A program made the translations under genes and the position numbers. A DNA stretch of 64,000 nucleotides from an uncultured Spirochaetota bacterium (GTDB lineage: Bacteria; Spirochaetota; Spirochaetia; SZUA-6; Fen-1364). Below are positions 20,895-31,056 of this stretch, piece by piece (positions within the stretch are counted from its first letter, which is position 1; every line of letters begins with the position of its first letter). The notes beneath the pieces are model-generated. The model saw only the letters and a program-made list of their open reading frames with translations. It made no database searches and was not told the origin of the DNA. Location of the stretch: contig CAWAHW010000002.1 in assembly GCA_963781885.1 (NCBI GenBank), positions 352,001 to 416,000 of the forward strand, read 5' to 3'.

Positions 20895-21701
20895 TTACGG
20901 GGCGGCGGCAGCCTTTTTTTCGAGCTCTGCGAGGTATCTCATGAGGCCTTCGGTCCTGTACACGAGCGGAGGAAGCTGGCCGTAGCGCGCGGTGATTTCC
21001 TTGACCTGTCCGCGCAGGAAGTCGATGAATGCAGCATCCGTCGGTGTTGCGCGCGCCTTGAGGCGAACCCTGCCCAGGAGCTCGGGATCGTAGGCAAGGG
21101 CGAAGCCCACGCGCGACGCGCAGGTGCAGGAGGGATCGTCGGGGTTGAGCCACTGGCAGCGGCCGCGGAAAAACTTCTCCATCGCCGCATGGGCGCGGTG
21201 CAACCGTGCTTTCACGACCGGCGCGGAGACCTCCAGCGCCTCTGCAATCTCCCTGTAGGTGAAGCGGAGGACCGTGTACATGACGTAGGGGATCCGCTGC
21301 TCGTCGGTGAGCCTGAATGCCATGAAGTGGAGGCAGCCTTGGTTCACCTCGTTGAGCAGGGCCTGGAGATACACCGCCTGCACGGGGTCGTCGAACCAGT
21401 CCCGGACCTCCGCGGGAATATCGTCGCGGAATGACGCGATCTTTTCATCGAGTGAATCGAGATAGGCGGCATCGAGCTTCCTCTTTGCCTGGAGGCTGAG
21501 ATTCAGGGCGATGCGATGGATCCACGTCGCAATTGCGCTCTCTCCCCGAAATGCTGCCAGTCCTTGGAAGACGCGCAGGAATGTCTCCTGCACGACATCT
21601 TCCGCGTCCTGCCTGTTCCCGGTGACGCGGAAGGCGAGATTGAAAACCTTCTGCCCGTGACTCTCGACGAGGGAGGTGATGTCCCGATCCGCCGCACCCA
21701 T
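20895..21701 (-). CDS. ECF sigma-70 factor with Cys-containing C-terminal extension
   Basis: DAEDVVQETF, TWIHRIALN, YREIAEAL…VKARLHRA; extension contains CQWLNPDDPSCTC. Confidence 0.88.
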   Translation of the reverse strand: MGAADRDITSLVESHGQKVFNLAFRVTGNRQDAEDVVQETFLRVFQGLAAFRGESAIATWIHRIALNLSLQAKRKLDAAYLDSLDEKIASFRDDIPAEVRDWFDDPVQAVYLQALLNEVNQGCLHFMAFRLTDEQRIPYVMYTVLRFTYREIAEALEVSAPVVKARLHRAHAAMEKFFRGRCQWLNPDDPSCTCASRVGFALAYDPELLGRVRLKARATPTDAAFIDFLRGQVKEITARYGQLPPLVYRTEGLMRYLAELEKKAAAAP

Positions 21702-21747
21702 GCATCATAGCCTACACGCAAGGGGCGGCTCCCGCAATGTGCGCCAC

Positions 21748-22338
21748 TCAGAGGGAGAGCGAGCCGCCTCCCAGGGTGTGAAGCGTCGGGGCGATCAATG
21801 CCTGGAAGTAGCCGTTCATCTGGTCCGCGGTGAAGGTAATGTCGTTGTCCAGCCACCACGTGAGAAGCCCCAGAAAAGCGCTCACGCAGTAGGGCACGAC
21901 CACGTTGAGGGGGACCGTGCCTTTCTTTCTCGTCCCGAATGCCTGGAAATGCTCGGTGAGGTACAGGGTGAGGCTCTCCCGGATGCGCCCCACCACGACG
22001 TCGCCCACCTGTTTTCCCAGCATCGCCTTGAACACGCGCCGCTGTTCCTCGGCGTGTCGGAAAAGCGCGAGGCTGAAGTCCCACCGGGGTTTGCCGCGCG
22101 ACGAGTGGGAACGGAACTCCTCGAAGGCGGTTTGCATCTTCTCGGAGCCGCTGAGCAGCAGGTGCTCCTTGTCCTGAAAATGGGCGTAGAACGTCGAGCG
22201 CCCGACGTCGGCACGGTCAATGACGTCCTGCACGGTCACCGCCTCGTATCCCTTTTCGAGGATCAGCTCGAGGAGCGCGTCCAGCAGCATACGGCGCGTG
22301 CGCTGCACCCGTCTGTCCGGAACGTTTTTCCGGCTCAT
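21748..22338 (-). CDS. TetR/AcrR-family regulator
   Basis: DRRVQRTR…TVQDVIDRADVGRSTFYAHF; start MSRK at 22338. Confidence 0.92.
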   Translation of the reverse strand: MSRKNVPDRRVQRTRRMLLDALLELILEKGYEAVTVQDVIDRADVGRSTFYAHFQDKEHLLLSGSEKMQTAFEEFRSHSSRGKPRWDFSLALFRHAEEQRRVFKAMLGKQVGDVVVGRIRESLTLYLTEHFQAFGTRKKGTVPLNVVVPYCVSAFLGLLTWWLDNDITFTADQMNGYFQALIAPTLHTLGGGSLSL

Positions 22339-22442
22339 CCCAGTCTCCATTTCTGAACGAATGCCTGCCGCCTGTCCCGAATCGGACGAAGACGGCGTCT
22401 TTGTTTGTTGACCCGCTGCCCGGGAGGCATTACCGTAAAAAA

Positions 22443-22474
22443 GTACACCGTGTTCATAATAAAACATATTGTAC
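22443..22474. promoter_or_regulatory. Candidate TetR operator in the divergent promoter
   Basis: Imperfect inverted repeat GTACA-ccg-TGTT-N8-AACA-tat-TGTAC in the AT-rich gap between tetR and the ABC genes. Confidence 0.45.
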
Positions 22475-22508
22475 ATAAATCCCTGACAAGAGAAAAGGAG
22501 GAGAGCCC

Positions 22509-23261
22509 ATGCTCACACAGACCAGGACACGTGCCGCCCCGCACCGGGACGCGGAGGCGGCGAGCACCGCAGGGGTGATCGAGCTGAGGGGCGTGAGCAA
22601 GGCATACGAGCTTGCCGCCGGGAGATTCATGGCGCTCAAGGGCATCGACCTGCGGGTGGCGGAAGGAGAGTTCGTCGCGGTGGTCGGCAAATCGGGCAGC
22701 GGCAAGTCCACCCTGATCAACGTGATCACAGGTATCGACTCGCCGACGGCGGGCGAGGTCATCGTGGGCAGGACCGCGGTCCATACCCTGAGCCAGGAGC
22801 AGCTCGCGGTCTGGCGCGGGAGAAACGTGGGCATCGTCTTCCAGTTCTTCCAGCTCCTCCCCACGCTCACGGTCGCGGAAAATGTCGTCCTGCCGATGGA
22901 TTTCTGCCGCGTCCACGCGGCGCGCGAGCGGCGCGACCGGGCGCGGGCGCTGCTGGAAAAGGTGGGCATCGCCGCGCAGGCGGACAAGCTTCCTGCCGCG
23001 CTCTCCGGGGGCGAGCAGCAGCGCGCCGCCATTGCCCGCGCGCTTGCCAACGACCCGCATCTCATCGTCGCCGATGAGCCGACAGGCAACCTCGACTCCC
23101 GTACGGCTGATGCCGTGCTGCAGCTCTTTGCCGGCCTTGCGGGGGAGGGGAGGACCGTGGTCATGGTGACGCACGAGCGTGACGTCAGCAGGTACCTTGC
23201 CCGCACCATCATGCTGTCCGACGGTGCCATTGTCGCGGACGGACGGGGGACGTATGCGTAG
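22509..23261 (+). CDS. ABC ATP-binding protein (LolD/MacB type)
   Basis: [29 protein letters not shown]. Confidence 0.93.
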   Translation: MLTQTRTRAAPHRDAEAASTAGVIELRGVSKAYELAAGRFMALKGIDLRVAEGEFVAVVGKSGSGKSTLINVITGIDSPTAGEVIVGRTAVHTLSQEQLAVWRGRNVGIVFQFFQLLPTLTVAENVVLPMDFCRVHAARERRDRARALLEKVGIAAQADKLPAALSGGEQQRAAIARALANDPHLIVADEPTGNLDSRTADAVLQLFAGLAGEGRTVVMVTHERDVSRYLARTIMLSDGAIVADGRGTYA

Positions 23262-25668
23262 CCCGCGCTGGACGAAGATGCTGCGCGACCTGCAGGCGGC
23301 GGGGGGCCGCATGGCCATGATGGTCATCGCCATCGCCGTGAGCATCATCGGCGTGGGCGCAATCCTGAGCGCATACACGATCCTCACGCGGGAGATCCGC
23401 AGGAACTACCTCGGCACGAACCCCGCGTCGGCTTTCATCGAGCTTGACAGTGTCGACGACACAGTCATCCAGGCGGTCCGCGGCCGCCCGGGCATTCAGG
23501 ACGCGGAAGCCACCTCCTGGGTCGTTGCGCGCGCGCAGGTGAAGCCGAACGAGTGGCTGCCGCTCCTGCTCTTCGTCATTCCGGATTTCCGCGGCCTGCG
23601 TATCGACACATTCAGGCCGGAGTCCGGCGCGTGGCCGCCGCCGGAAAAATCCCTCGTTCTGGAACGCGAAGCGCTGAAGATGATAGCGGCAAGGGTCGGG
23701 GACTCTCTCGACGTCCAGACGCCGCATGGGCCACGCCGCTCCATGACGATCGCCGGCTCGGTCCATGACCCGGGGCTTGCCCCCGCGTGGCAGGAGCGTA
23801 CGGTGTACGGGTATGCGACCCCTGCAACGCTCTCGTGGCTGGGAGAAGGGGACGCGCTGCATATCCTCAAGGTGATCGTGGCGGACCAGCCGCGCGGCAT
23901 CGCCTCGATCGATGCGGCCGTGGGCGGGCTCGCGCAGTGGCTCGGAGGGCAGGGACACACGGTGGGGGAGATCCGCATACCGCCGCCCGGGATGCATCCC
24001 CACCAAAGCCAGATGAGCTCCATCCTCATCCTCCTGCTGATATTCAGCGTGATGGCTCTCGTGCTCAGCGCGATACTCACCGCGGCCATGATTGGCGGTC
24101 TCCTGGCACAGCAGATGCGGCAGATCGGGATCATGAAGGCAATCGGCGCGCGCACGCGCCAGATCACCGGTCTGTATCTCGCCCTGATCGCAGTCCTGGG
24201 CCTCGTCGCCGTCGTTGCCGGCCTGCCGCTGGGCATTGCCGCGGGCCGCGTTCTTTCGGGGGTGGTCGCCCAGCTCTTGAACTTCACACTCGTGAGCCGC
24301 GCGGTCCCGGCCTGGGTTTTCATCGTGCTCCTCCTGATGGGGATCCTCGTGCCGCTCCTGGTTGCGCAGGGCCCGATCCGTCGATCCACCCGCACCACGG
24401 TGCAGAAGATCCTCAACGACTACGGCACCAGCCGCGAGGCATACGCGTCGCGGAGGGCACGCCCGTGGCGCGGCAGGCCTCGGAGGGCGGACAGCTCGCT
24501 CATACTCGCCTTCCGGAATACCTTCCGGCGCCGCGGCCGACTGGCATTGACGCTCGGGCTTCTTGCGGCGGCAGGCGCCATGTTCATGACCGGCATCAAC
24601 GTCAAGGCCGGCTGGGAGCGCTTTCTCGCCGACGGGGTGGCCAACCGTCACGACGACCTGGAGGTACGCCTGAACCAGGCGCGGCCGCAGGCAGGGCTCC
24701 TCTCCCTGGTTGCCGCGGTCCCCGGGGTACGACAGGTTGAAGCCTGGAGTCTCATGCCTCTTGCCGTCTCCCGCGCCGACGGCCTCGATATCGTGCGGAC
24801 GTATCCGGACGGGGGCCACGGCAGCTTCACGCTCACGGCTGCTCCCCCCGGGAGCCGGATGCTCCAGTCGCCGATCACGAGCGGGCGATGGCTTCTGCCG
24901 GGCGACTCCGATGGAATCGCGTTGAACCAGCTTGCGGCGGTTTTTTTTCCGCGCGTGAAAGTGGGCGATACCGTGCGCGTGCTGATCAATGGCCGCCCCG
25001 CCGCCTTCCGCGTCGTCGGGCTGGTGCGACAGATCATGACGCCTGCAAACGCCTATGTCACGCCGGATGCCTTCGCCCGCGCGGCGGGCTTCGCCGCCGG
25101 CGATGCCAACGCGCTGCGCATCGTCATGGACAAACACGACCCGGCATCGGTCGACACCGTGACGGGAACGATCGGCCGCACGCTGGAGGCGGCCGCCATC
25201 GGTGTGAAAATGCTCATCCCGCGCACGATCCTTGAAGGTGCAAGTGACGCCCACGTCCTGATCTTCATTTATACGCTGATCGTCATGGCAGTGATCATGG
25301 CCGTTGTCGGCGGCCTGGGGCTCATGTCCACCATGGGAACGAGCGTCGTCGAGCGCACGCGCGAGTTTGGCGTCATGCGCGCCATTGGTGCCACCTCCCA
25401 CACGATTCTGCGCAACGTCATCAGCGAGGGTCTCCTCATCGGTCTCATGAGCTTCGTCGTTGCCGTTGCGCTTTCCCTGCTGCCGACGATTGGAATCGAC
25501 CGGCTGATCGGCGGCATGTTCTCCCGGGTTCCCCTGACCCTGGTTGTCGCCCCCGCGGCGCTCGCGAGCTGGATCGTGGTCGTCCTGATCGGCTCGGCCG
25601 CTGCCAGCGCTTTTCCTGCGTGGCAGGCATCGCGTCTTACCGTGCGGGAAACCCTGTCCTATGTCTGA
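23254..25668 (+). CDS. FtsX/MacB-like ABC permease (duplicated MacB_PCD-FtsX)
   Basis: Start MRSPRW at 23254; two copies of the (Q/E)(I/F)G(I/V)M(K/R)AIGA motif. Confidence 0.88.
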   Translation: MRSPRWTKMLRDLQAAGGRMAMMVIAIAVSIIGVGAILSAYTILTREIRRNYLGTNPASAFIELDSVDDTVIQAVRGRPGIQDAEATSWVVARAQVKPNEWLPLLLFVIPDFRGLRIDTFRPESGAWPPPEKSLVLEREALKMIAARVGDSLDVQTPHGPRRSMTIAGSVHDPGLAPAWQERTVYGYATPATLSWLGEGDALHILKVIVADQPRGIASIDAAVGGLAQWLGGQGHTVGEIRIPPPGMHPHQSQMSSILILLLIFSVMALVLSAILTAAMIGGLLAQQMRQIGIMKAIGARTRQITGLYLALIAVLGLVAVVAGLPLGIAAGRVLSGVVAQLLNFTLVSRAVPAWVFIVLLLMGILVPLLVAQGPIRRSTRTTVQKILNDYGTSREAYASRRARPWRGRPRRADSSLILAFRNTFRRRGRLALTLGLLAAAGAMFMTGINVKAGWERFLADGVANRHDDLEVRLNQARPQAGLLSLVAAVPGVRQVEAWSLMPLAVSRADGLDIVRTYPDGGHGSFTLTAAPPGSRMLQSPITSGRWLLPGDSDGIALNQLAAVFFPRVKVGDTVRVLINGRPAAFRVVGLVRQIMTPANAYVTPDAFARAAGFAAGDANALRIVMDKHDPASVDTVTGTIGRTLEAAAIGVKMLIPRTILEGASDAHVLIFIYTLIVMAVIMAVVGGLGLMSTMGTSVVERTREFGVMRAIGATSHTILRNVISEGLLIGLMSFVVAVALSLLPTIGIDRLIGGMFSRVPLTLVVAPAALASWIVVVLIGSAAASAFPAWQASRLTVRETLSYV

Positions 25669-25680
25669 AAGGAGGCATCC

Positions 25681-25815
25681 ATGAAAACGAAACGGAAGAG
25701 GGTCGCGGCATGGGCGATCGTCGCGGCAATCGTTGTCATCGCGGTGATCCTGGCCGCGCGCCTTTTGCGCGGCGTCGACGTCGTCGGTTATCTGAAAATG
25801 CTCCACGGGGGCTGA
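25681..25815 (+). CDS. Small single-TM protein (44 aa, absent from the ORF track)
   Basis: MKTKRKRVAAWAIVAAIVVIAVILAARLLRGVDVVGYLKMLHGG; AGGAGG RBS. Confidence 0.7.
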   Translation: MKTKRKRVAAWAIVAAIVVIAVILAARLLRGVDVVGYLKMLHGG

Positions 25816-25829
25816 TGGAAGGAGGAAAT

Positions 25830-26003
25830 ATGCTTCGAAAAGTAATGGGATCTGTCATGGTGATTGCCGCGCTTGTCTTGGGTGCCATCCTGCTCATCGG
25901 CGGGCGGCCGGTGCTTCCGCACATGCTGGGTCCCGGCATCCTCGCGATTGCGGGGATACTGCTGCTCGTGATCAGGAAGAAACGGGCAGGCAGGACCACG
26001 TGA
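25830..26003 (+). CDS. Small two-TM protein (57 aa)
   Basis: MLRKVMGSVMVIAALVLGAILLIGGRPVLPHMLGPGILAIAGILLLVIRKKRAGRTT; AGGAGG RBS. Confidence 0.7.
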   Translation: MLRKVMGSVMVIAALVLGAILLIGGRPVLPHMLGPGILAIAGILLLVIRKKRAGRTT

Positions 26004-26027
26004 TGATCGTCGGCGCGCGGGCGCCAG

Positions 26028-27542
26028 CTATATGCCGGTGCCCACCGCTTGTGCCAGTTTCTCGACTCCTTCCCTGATGAGATCCTCGCTGAGCGCGGCG
26101 TATCCGAGGAGGAAAATCGGACGACGGGGCGGTCGGGAATAGCAGGGACCCGCCGGATAAACCGCGATTCCCCGCTGGGCCGCCGCGGCGCGCACCCGTC
26201 CCTCGATCTGCGCGGCAGACACACCGCGGCGCGCGGCGGTCAACGTCACCATCACGTGCATTCCGACGCTCGAGTCGGACACCTCAATGGAGTCTCCGAA
26301 GTGCATGTCGAGCGCTGCCCGCATCGCCTCGCGCCGCGCGGAGACCAGCCGGCGCATCCTCCGCAAGTGACGCTCGAAGTGACCCTCGTGCAGGAAATCC
26401 GTGAGCGCGAGCTGCTCGAGCGTCGGCGTCTGTCGGTCGGCGAGCCACTTGGTCCGCATGAACGGTTCCGCCAATTCAGGGGGAAGCACGACGTAGCCGA
26501 TCCTGAGGGGCGGAAAGAGGACGGTGGAAAACGTGCCGACATAGACAACCTTCCGGGAACGGTCGAGCCCCTGGAGGGATTCCACGAGGCGTCCGGGGGC
26601 GCGAAACTCGCTGTCGTAGTCGTCCTCCACGATGAGGACATTTCGCCGGGCCGCCCAACGCAGCAGGGCGAGGCGACGGGAAAGGGACAGCACCGCGCCC
26701 GTGGGAAACTGGTGCGACGGGGTCACGTAAAGCAGGCGGGGAGCCGCCCGGGCGCTCGTCATCTTCTCCAGGGCGCCCACGTCGATTCCATCCTCGTCGA
26801 CAGGGACGAAAAGCTTCCGCTGGCCCGGACCGGCAAGCACGCGCCGCGCATCCGGATACCCGGGATCCTCCAGGGCGACGGCATCGCCCGGCGTGAGGAA
26901 CGATCGCGCGATCAGATCGAGCGCCTGTTGCGACCCGTTGACGATGACGACCTGTTCGGGGCGCGCGGTGACTCCCCGGGAAATGCCGAGGTGGCGCGCG
27001 ATGGCATCTCGAAGGGGATAGTGTCCCCCGGGCTCGCCATACGTCCGCAGCTCGCCGGCCTTCGAGCGCAGCGCCCTGCCCAGAAGGCGCAGCCACAGTC
27101 CCTTGGGAAAGGCATCCCAGTCCGGGGTGCCCGGCCGCAGGTCGATGGGCAACGTCCCGACCCCTGCGCTTTCCGGTCCCGCCTGCCGCGGAAAGTGCCG
27201 CCCTCCGTCGGACTTTTCCTGCTTCTGCGACAAAGGTCTTCTTTTCCATTTCTCTTCGGAACCCCACAGCAGCTCGGCGAGGCCGTCCGCCACATAGCTT
27301 CCGTCTCCCACCCTGCCCCTGATGTAGCCTTCCGCAAGGAGATCCTCGTACGCCCGCGCGACCGTGTTTCGCGCAACCCCGAGACTGCGTGAAAGCTCGC
27401 GGGTCGCGGGAAGCCGATCGCCGGATCGGAGACGGCCGTCCCGGATGGCGTCGCGAATCTGTGCAAATACCTGCCGGTGCCAGGGACGGGAAGACCCCGT
27501 CGTCTTTTTTTCCAGCGTGATGATGAGGTCTTCCGCCCGCAT
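26028..27542 (-). CDS. pdxR: MocR/GabR-family PLP-dependent regulator, PdxR-like
   Basis: GntR wHTH (LPATRELS..LGVARNTV), YVTPSHQFPTG, EDDYDSEF; divergent from pdxST; GGAGG RBS before ATG at 27542. Confidence 0.85.
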   Translation of the reverse strand: MRAEDLIITLEKKTTGSSRPWHRQVFAQIRDAIRDGRLRSGDRLPATRELSRSLGVARNTVARAYEDLLAEGYIRGRVGDGSYVADGLAELLWGSEEKWKRRPLSQKQEKSDGGRHFPRQAGPESAGVGTLPIDLRPGTPDWDAFPKGLWLRLLGRALRSKAGELRTYGEPGGHYPLRDAIARHLGISRGVTARPEQVVIVNGSQQALDLIARSFLTPGDAVALEDPGYPDARRVLAGPGQRKLFVPVDEDGIDVGALEKMTSARAAPRLLYVTPSHQFPTGAVLSLSRRLALLRWAARRNVLIVEDDYDSEFRAPGRLVESLQGLDRSRKVVYVGTFSTVLFPPLRIGYVVLPPELAEPFMRTKWLADRQTPTLEQLALTDFLHEGHFERHLRRMRRLVSARREAMRAALDMHFGDSIEVSDSSVGMHVMVTLTAARRGVSAAQIEGRVRAAAAQRGIAVYPAGPCYSRPPRRPIFLLGYAALSEDLIREGVEKLAQAVGTGI

Positions 27543-27572
27543 CGCCCGATCCCTCCTCCGGTTCCTCATGGA

Positions 27573-27621
27573 AAATGGCCCATTCGATCGGTAATAAATT
27601 GGCTCTTTTATAATACCATTT
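27573..27621. promoter_or_regulatory. Candidate PdxR binding sites
   Basis: Direct repeats AAATGGC and AATTGGC plus inverted ACCATTT around TATAAT, resembling the two-direct-plus-one-inverted layout of MocR-family operators. Confidence 0.5.
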
Positions 27622-27653
27622 GATGCGTATCTTTGATACCGCGGAGGAAGACG

Positions 27654-28535
27654 ATGGAACAGTCGACGTGGCTCACAAAGAAGGGCCTGGCACAGATGCT
27701 GAAAGGCGGCGTCATCATGGACGTCGTTACGACGGAGCATGCCCGGATCGCTGAGGACGCGGGGGCCTGCGCGGTCATGGCGCTGGAGCGCGTTCCCGCC
27801 GATATCCGGGCGGCCGGCGGCGTGGCGCGGATGAGCGACCCGGAGCTGATCCTGCACATCATGGAGGCCGTATCCATCCCCGTCATGGCAAAGTGCCGCA
27901 TCGGTCACTTCGTCGAGGCGCAGGTGCTGGAGTCATTGGGAATCGATTACGTGGACGAGTCCGAGGTGCTCACCCCCGCCGACGATGAGCACCACATCGA
28001 CAAGCACGCCTTCCGTGTCCCGTTCGTCTGCGGATGCCGGGACCTCGGCGAGGCCCTGCGCAGGGTCGCGGAAGGGGCCGCCATGATCCGCACGAAGGGA
28101 GAAGCCGGCACGGGCAACGTGGTCGAGGCGGTGCGTCACATGCGCGCGGTGCAGGGCGCGATCCGCCGTCTTCATGGGGCGTCACACGAAGAGCTGGCCG
28201 CCGAGGCAAAGAAGCTGAGCGCGCCGTATGATCTTGTCGCGGAAGTCGCCCGCGAAGGGCGTCTTCCCGTCGTGAACTTTGCGGCGGGCGGGCTGGCCAC
28301 TCCGGCGGACGCCGCGCTTCTCATGCAGCTGGGCGCCGACGGCGTCTTCGTCGGATCGGGCATCTTCAAGTCGGAGGATCCCGCCCGCCGCGCGGCGGCG
28401 ATCGTGCAGGCGACAACTCATTTCAGGGATCCCGAGGTCATCGCCCGGGTCTCCCGCGGAATCGGCGGAGCCATGCCCGGGCTCGAGATATCCGCCATCT
28501 CCCCTGACATGCTTCTGGCTGCCCGCGGCAGGTGA
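27654..28535 (+). CDS. pdxS: Pyridoxal 5'-phosphate synthase lyase subunit
   Basis: [47 protein letters not shown]. Confidence 0.97.
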   Translation: MEQSTWLTKKGLAQMLKGGVIMDVVTTEHARIAEDAGACAVMALERVPADIRAAGGVARMSDPELILHIMEAVSIPVMAKCRIGHFVEAQVLESLGIDYVDESEVLTPADDEHHIDKHAFRVPFVCGCRDLGEALRRVAEGAAMIRTKGEAGTGNVVEAVRHMRAVQGAIRRLHGASHEELAAEAKKLSAPYDLVAEVAREGRLPVVNFAAGGLATPADAALLMQLGADGVFVGSGIFKSEDPARRAAAIVQATTHFRDPEVIARVSRGIGGAMPGLEISAISPDMLLAARGR

Positions 28536-28539
28536 GACG

Positions 28540-29194
28540 ATGAAAATCGGCATCCTTGCGCTCCAGGGTGACTTTGCCGAGCACGCGGCCATTCTTCGGG
28601 GTCTGAACGCCGATCGCTTCGAGTGCATCGACGTCGTGGAGATTCGCACGGCGCGGCAGCTGTCGGAGATCGACGGCCTCATCATCCCCGGCGGGGAGAG
28701 CACGACGATCGGCAAGCTCATGAAGGACTGCGGTCTGCTCGATCCGCTGCGCGAACGCATCACGGCGGGAATGCCGACGTTTGGGACGTGCGCCGGCGCC
28801 ATCGTGCTTGCCCGCGATATCGGCGGGCTGCGTCAGCCTCTTATCGGGACGATGGACCTCAGCATGCGGCGCAATGCCTTCGGCCGGCAGCTCCAGTCCT
28901 TTGAGGCCCTTCTCCCGATTCCGGTGCTGGGCGATCCCCCGATGCGGGCCGTCTTCATCCGCGCGCCTGCCATTGCCTCGGTGGGGGCTGGCGGAGAGGT
29001 GCTCGCCCGTCTCCCGGACGGGACCATCGTTGCGGCACGGCAGGGGCACATGCTTGTCGCCGCATTCCACCCGGAGCTCGACCGGGGACGACAGGCTGCA
29101 TCGCTACTTCATCGAGCTTATTCGCGGCTGTGCGCCGACGGCGGGGTGGACGTCGGCCCCCGACAAGACGCGGGGTGTTCGCGAAACGGCGTGA
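28540..29194 (+). CDS. pdxT: PLP synthase glutaminase subunit; 1-nt frameshift near 29079
   Basis: MKIGILALQGDF, PGGESTT, GTCAG, RNAFGRQ, FIRAP, FHPEL; the expected tail TGDDRLHRYF lies in the next frame and ends at 29194. Confidence 0.93.
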
Positions 29195-29207
29195 CGGCGG
29201 AGCCGGC

Positions 29208-29981
29208 TTATTCGTTCAGGTACTTGTCGATGTCCGCCGCCGTCAATTCGCCCGACTTCTGGACCACGCCGCGCTTGTCGATGAGGAAGAGCGCGGGGAT
29301 GGCGTGGATGCGGTAGGCAGTCATCTGGGCGCTGGAGAAGTCGTAGTCGCCCTGCGCATCAGGCTCGCTCAACAGGATTGGAAAGCTCAGGCCGAGGGAT
29401 TGCGCGGCCTGGGCAGCGCGGTCGGCGTCTCCTTCGATATTGACGCCGAACACCTTCAGTCCGCGCGCCGCGTATTTCTTGTACAGGGCCTGCGTATCGG
29501 GCAGCGCGTGCATGCAGGGCTGGCACCAGCTTGCCCAGAAATCAAGGACGATGACCTTGCCGCGAAGATCGGACAGCCTGACCTTCTGTCCCGTGCCTCC
29601 CAGCACGCTCAAGGTGAAATCGGGGGCCGGCTCTTTTACGACTCCCCACTCGATGCTCTTGTCCGCGCTTACCGTGCACGTCCTGCCGCTGGGGAGGGAG
29701 AACGATCGATCGTACTCCTTTCCCTTCTCGAAGGTGATTTCAATCGTCACCTGCTCGGGGGTTTGCACGACCGTGTAGCCGTCCGAGTCCACCCAGACGG
29801 AGATTCCGCCATTCAGCTCGTAAAGCTTCCAGTCCCCGTCGATCTGCCGGGGATTCCTTTTCTCAATGGAAAAAACGGTATCCTTGTACCTGTCGACCAG
29901 GGCGCGGTCGGCTGCGGTGGGTCCGGCGGAAAGGAGAACGGGAGCAGCCAGCAAAAAAAGAGCGACAAGCGGGCTTTTCAT
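29208..29981 (-). CDS. Exported TlpA-family thiol-disulfide oxidoreductase with extra N-terminal domain
   Basis: Signal peptide MKSPLVALFLL; APDFTL, LDFWASWCQPC, IPALFLIDK. Confidence 0.85.
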   Translation of the reverse strand: MKSPLVALFLLAAPVLLSAGPTAADRALVDRYKDTVFSIEKRNPRQIDGDWKLYELNGGISVWVDSDGYTVVQTPEQVTIEITFEKGKEYDRSFSLPSGRTCTVSADKSIEWGVVKEPAPDFTLSVLGGTGQKVRLSDLRGKVIVLDFWASWCQPCMHALPDTQALYKKYAARGLKVFGVNIEGDADRAAQAAQSLGLSFPILLSEPDAQGDYDFSSAQMTAYRIHAIPALFLIDKRGVVQKSGELTAADIDKYLNE

Positions 29982-30022
29982 GACCCGATTATCGCTCCTC
30001 AATGACCGTTTCGCAAGCGTCG

Positions 30023-31030
30023 CTACCCCGACGAGCCGCGCGGTGCGGCCGTCGATTCGCGCACGATGAGGCGCGTCGGCAGCAGGATCTTCTGCGTGTA
30101 GTGCGCCCTTCCCGCGATGGAGTGAAAGAGCGTTTCCGCGGCGAGTCTCCCCATCAGCTCCTTGGGCACCTGCGCGGTGGTCAGGGGCGGCATCACCTCC
30201 GCGGAGAGTGAGATGTCGTCGAAGCCCACGATGCTCATGTCCGCGGGGATGGAGAGGCCGTGCTGCTTGATGGCGTCCATCGCGCCGATGGCCACCATGT
30301 CGTTGTAGGCGATCACTGCCGTGGGCCGCTTTGACGGCCGTCGGGCGAGGATGCGCTCCATCGCCTCGAAGCCGCCCGAGATCGATTCCGGGCACTCCTC
30401 CACCAGCTCGGGGTCCACGACGAACCCGCAGGCCGCCCGCGCAAGGTCGAACCCGTGCCGCCGCTCCTGGGAGGAGAGGCTGTCGATGGTCCCCGAGATG
30501 TAGGCGACCTTCTTGTGGCCCAGCTCCGCGAGGTGCTTCGCCGTCCTCATGATGCCGTCCACGTTGTCCACGAGGATCGCGTCGATGTCCTCCGTCGGCA
30601 CCGCGTAGTCGACAAGGATCACCGGCACCTTCTGCGCGCGCAGCCGCAGGAGGAAGTCGCGGTCGTAGGTGCCGACGATCACCACACCCGCCAGGTCGTT
30701 GAAGCGTATGGAAAGCCGGTTGAAGGGAAGCTCGCCTCGCGCGATGGCGCTGAACTGGAAGAAGTACTTCCGCGAGGCCACTTCCTTCTCCGCCGCGGAG
30801 ATGATGTTCGTATAGAAGAGGCTGGAGAGGTTGAACATCTCCTTGTCGATCAGGAACGCGACCGTCCGTCCGATCCTGCGCCGCGGCCGATAGCCCAGCT
30901 TCTCTGCGGTCTCCAGGATCGACCGGCGCACCTCTTCGGAGACTGCGTCCTCGGACCCCGAGATGACGCGGGACACCGTGGCAATGCTCACCCCGCGCGC
31001 CCCGGCAATCTCCTTCATCGTCACCGCCAT
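30023..31030 (-). CDS. LacI-family regulator
   Basis: TMKEIA…VSIATVSR HTH; YNDMVAIG, SIVGFDD, PPLTT, LIVREST. Confidence 0.92.
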   Translation of the reverse strand: MAVTMKEIAGARGVSIATVSRVISGSEDAVSEEVRRSILETAEKLGYRPRRRIGRTVAFLIDKEMFNLSSLFYTNIISAAEKEVASRKYFFQFSAIARGELPFNRLSIRFNDLAGVVIVGTYDRDFLLRLRAQKVPVILVDYAVPTEDIDAILVDNVDGIMRTAKHLAELGHKKVAYISGTIDSLSSQERRHGFDLARAACGFVVDPELVEECPESISGGFEAMERILARRPSKRPTAVIAYNDMVAIGAMDAIKQHGLSIPADMSIVGFDDISLSAEVMPPLTTAQVPKELMGRLAAETLFHSIAGRAHYTQKILLPTRLIVRESTAAPRGSSG

Positions 31031-31056
31031 ACGCCCAATCCTTCCTCGGGCCCGCC

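Noticed and set aside
30990-31010. Odd LacI HTH segment IAGARGVS (usually IA.RAGVS)
   Set aside because: May be two compensating G-run errors or natural drift; the frame is preserved and it cannot be evaluated without reads.
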